DNA of 45,296 nucleotides from Gemmatimonadales bacterium. GTDB taxonomy: Bacteria > Gemmatimonadota > Gemmatimonadetes > Gemmatimonadales > JACORV01. Below are positions 43,322-45,296 of this stretch, in pieces (positions within the stretch are counted from its first letter, which is position 1; every line of letters starts with the position of its first letter). A program made the translations under genes and the position numbers. The stretch lies in assembly GCA_044449445.1 (NCBI GenBank), contig JBIOIA010000002.1, positions 1 to 45,296 on the forward strand, read 5' to 3'. The notes beneath the pieces were generated by a model. It did no database searches. It was not told the DNA's origin and worked only from the letters and a program-made list of their open reading frames with translations.

Positions 43322-44131
43322 CTGTCACCGACCGGCGCGCGACGCGTTCTATGCGTCTTATGCGTCTCTCTCTTGTGCGCCGCTCCCCTCACGCTCGCCG
43401 CGCAGGCCTCGAACGCGGACCTGCTCCGGGGCCAGGAGCTCATCTACGGCGGCCGCTTCGATTCGGCGCGCGCGCGTTTCGCCGTTCTCTCGCGCGAGCA
43501 TCCGAGCGATGCCGCGCCGCTCGCGCTCGCGGCCACCGCGCTGATCTGGTCGGGTGCGGCCCGGAACGATGACGACTTTCAAGCCGACACCGTCGATCTC
43601 CTGCTCACCGATGCCATCAGGCTCGCCCAGGCCGCCCTCGACAGTGCCGGGAACGATTCGGTTCGCGTACGCGCGCTGTTCTGGCTCGGTACCGCCTACG
43701 GCTCGCGCGCCCGTCAGGCCGAGCTGCACGGACGGGTATGGCGCGCCATGGGTGACGCGAAGGGCATGCGTGGTGCACTGCAACACGCTGTCGCGATCGA
43801 CTCCTCGTGCGTGGACTGCCGGCTGGGGCTCGGCGCGATCGACTACGGTCTTGCGCACGAGAACGCGATCGCGCGGCTGGTGGCGAAGCTCGTCGGCCTG
43901 GGCGGCAGCAATGCCGAGCGTGGGCTCGCGCTCGTTCTCCGCTGTACCGAATCGTGCGTGTTCATGCGGACCGAGGCGCGCTGGCTGTACGCCAACGCCA
44001 TGCTCCGCGAGGCGGAGCACGACCCGACCGCGCGCGAGCGCGGCGAGCAGCTGATCGCCGAGCTCGCCCAGCAGTTCCCCGACAACCCGGTGTTCCAGCG
44101 CGCCGCTAGGGGCGAGGCCGCCTCGCCTTGA
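43322..44131 (+). CDS. Hypothetical secreted protein (start codon unresolved)
   Basis: The coding-like frame carries ...VLCVLCVSLLCAAPLTLAAQA (signal peptide) but has no in-frame ATG or GTG upstream. CTG at 43322 or 43307 is possible. ATGs at 43351 and 43360 are out of frame by +1. Confidence 0.5.
   Translation: MSPTGARRVLCVLCVSLLCAAPLTLAAQASNADLLRGQELIYGGRFDSARARFAVLSREHPSDAAPLALAATALIWSGAARNDDDFQADTVDLLLTDAIRLAQAALDSAGNDSVRVRALFWLGTAYGSRARQAELHGRVWRAMGDAKGMRGALQHAVAIDSSCVDCRLGLGAIDYGLAHENAIARLVAKLVGLGGSNAERGLALVLRCTESCVFMRTEARWLYANAMLREAEHDPTARERGEQLIAELAQQFPDNPVFQRAARGEAASP
43350..43373. repeat. Tandem 9-mer TATGCGTCT x2 running into a (TC)4 dinucleotide tract
   Basis: Units at 43350-43358 and 43359-43367. 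TCTCTCTCT lies at 43365-43373. Read directly from the sequence. Confidence 0.9.
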
Positions 44132-45296
44132 TCACGGCCACGGCGCCGGCCGAGGCCCGCCGGATCCTGGTCGCGGGCCCGCTCGGGCAGGCCATCATGC
44201 GGCTGTCGCTGCCGGCCGTTGGCTCGAGTCTGCTCACGCTCGTGTTCCTGTTGGTGGACATCTTCTGGGTGGGTCGCATCCTCGGCCCGCCGGCGCTCGC
44301 CGCCGTCTCGACCGCGGGCTTCGCGGTGTGGATCATCGCCGCGCTCGCCGAGATGATCGGGGTCGGGCTGACCGCGGTCGCCGCGCGCCGCCACGGCGAG
44401 GGCGCGCACGGGCTCGCCGCGGTCGTCGCGGGCACCACCCTGCTGCTGGCCCTGAGTCTCGGGTTCCTCGTCGCGGCGCTCGGGCCGCTCCTGGTCCCAT
44501 CGTTGTTCGCGGTGATGCAGACGCCGGCCGAAGTCACGTCGCTCGGGCGGACCTACCTCACCGCGTACCTGGTCGGCACGCCGCTGATCTTCGGGTTCTT
44601 CGCCGCCGAGGCGACGTTCCGCTCCTCCGGCGACACGCGCACGCCGCTCATCCTGCTCGGCCTGTCGGTGACGCTCAACGTCGTGCTCGACCCGCTGCTG
44701 ATCCGCGGTTTCGGACCGCTGCCGGCCCTGGGCATCGCGGGCGCGGCGGTGGCCGCGATCCTGACGCGCGGCGGCGCGCTCGTCATGGGCCTCGTGATCC
44801 TGGTGCGGCGCGGCCTGGTGCGGTTCGGCGTGCTCGATCTTCGCTCCGCGCTCACGGCGCTCCGCGTCGGCCTGCCCACCGCGGGGACCGGCGTCTTCTT
44901 CTCATTCGTGTACATCGGGCTGACGCGGATCACGACGCGCTTCGGCGTGAGCGCGCTCGCCGCGCTCGGCATCGGGCACAAGCTCGAGGGGCTCTCGTTC
45001 ATGATCGCCACGGGCTTCGGCATGGCATCGGCCGCCGCGGTGGGGCAGAACATCGGCGCGGGCCGGCTCGACCGGGCGCGGCGCGCCGGCTGGATCACGG
45101 CGTCGTACGCGTGCGCGGCCGGCACGGTGGTCGCGTTCGCGTTCGTCGCGTTCCCCGGCGCGATGGTCGGCATCTTCGTGCGCGACCCCGGGGTCATCGC
45201 CGACGGCGCACTGTACCTGCGCGCGATGGCGCTTGCGCAGATCACCATGGGACTCGAGATCGTCCTCGAGTCGGCGCTCGGCGGCGCGGGTTACAC
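44128..45296 (+). CDS. MATE-family efflux transporter (3' end beyond window)
   Basis: TTG at 44128 overlaps the upstream TGA (TTGA). The open frame runs to the window end. RLSLPAVGSSLL, FRSSGDTRTP and ALGIGHKLE are MATE-like. Absent from the ORF track because there is no stop codon. Confidence 0.8.
   Translation, partial: MITATAPAEARRILVAGPLGQAIMRLSLPAVGSSLLTLVFLLVDIFWVGRILGPPALAAVSTAGFAVWIIAALAEMIGVGLTAVAARRHGEGAHGLAAVVAGTTLLLALSLGFLVAALGPLLVPSLFAVMQTPAEVTSLGRTYLTAYLVGTPLIFGFFAAEATFRSSGDTRTPLILLGLSVTLNVVLDPLLIRGFGPLPALGIAGAAVAAILTRGGALVMGLVILVRRGLVRFGVLDLRSALTALRVGLPTAGTGVFFSFVYIGLTRITTRFGVSALAALGIGHKLEGLSFMIATGFGMASAAAVGQNIGAGRLDRARRAGWITASYACAAGTVVAFAFVAFPGAMVGIFVRDPGVIADGALYLRAMALAQITMGLEIVLESALGGAGY

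Overview
Very GC-rich, extremely gene-dense bacterial chromosomal segment: about 49 protein genes and almost no non-coding DNA. I found no rRNA, tRNA, CRISPR array, IS element or prophage. The gene repertoire (Ser/Thr kinase fused to a PD40/TolB-like propeller, PadR, many GTGA/ATGA-coupled genes) resembles Gemmatimonadota or Acidobacteriota, but that cannot be confirmed from sequence alone. Most content is housekeeping: the Fo half of an F-type ATP synthase operon (atpZ-I-B-E-F-H), glutaryl-CoA dehydrogenase with etfBA, NAD-type isocitrate dehydrogenase, guaB, cstA, nrnA, an Mrp/ApbC carrier and several transporters. Two regions stand out. (1) A translationally coupled minus-strand triad (9950-13285) encodes an M20 peptidase, an HEAGH zinc-peptidase-like protein and a Ddl-like ATP-grasp ligase that carries a 17-residue polybasic insert. 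This looks like an uncharacterised amide-ligase/hydrolase system. (2) A roughly 10-kb, 13-gene minus-strand unit (26282-36525) combines molybdenum/tungsten cofactor maturation (moeA, mobA, mobB, fdhD), an oxyanion ABC importer with no binding-protein gene, two weakly paralogous beta-barrel proteins, a PTPS/QueD-like protein lacking the catalytic Cys, a PBP4 lipoprotein, two unknown proteins and a cysteine-synthase-like enzyme. In addition, six TTGAC[ACG]-N16-18-TAnnnT promoter-like motifs (plus two weaker ones with degenerate -35 boxes) sit 5-10 nt upstream of the first start codon of transcription units (26 nt for PadR), implying leaderless or near-leaderless mRNAs. They also correct several ORF-track start codons. 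Two small tandem repeats lie at 5' gene ends (an octamer x4 at 36483-36514; a 9-mer x2 plus a (TC)4 run at 43350-43373). The many long Arg/Ala/Gly/Pro-rich antisense ORFs in the track are GC-composition artefacts.
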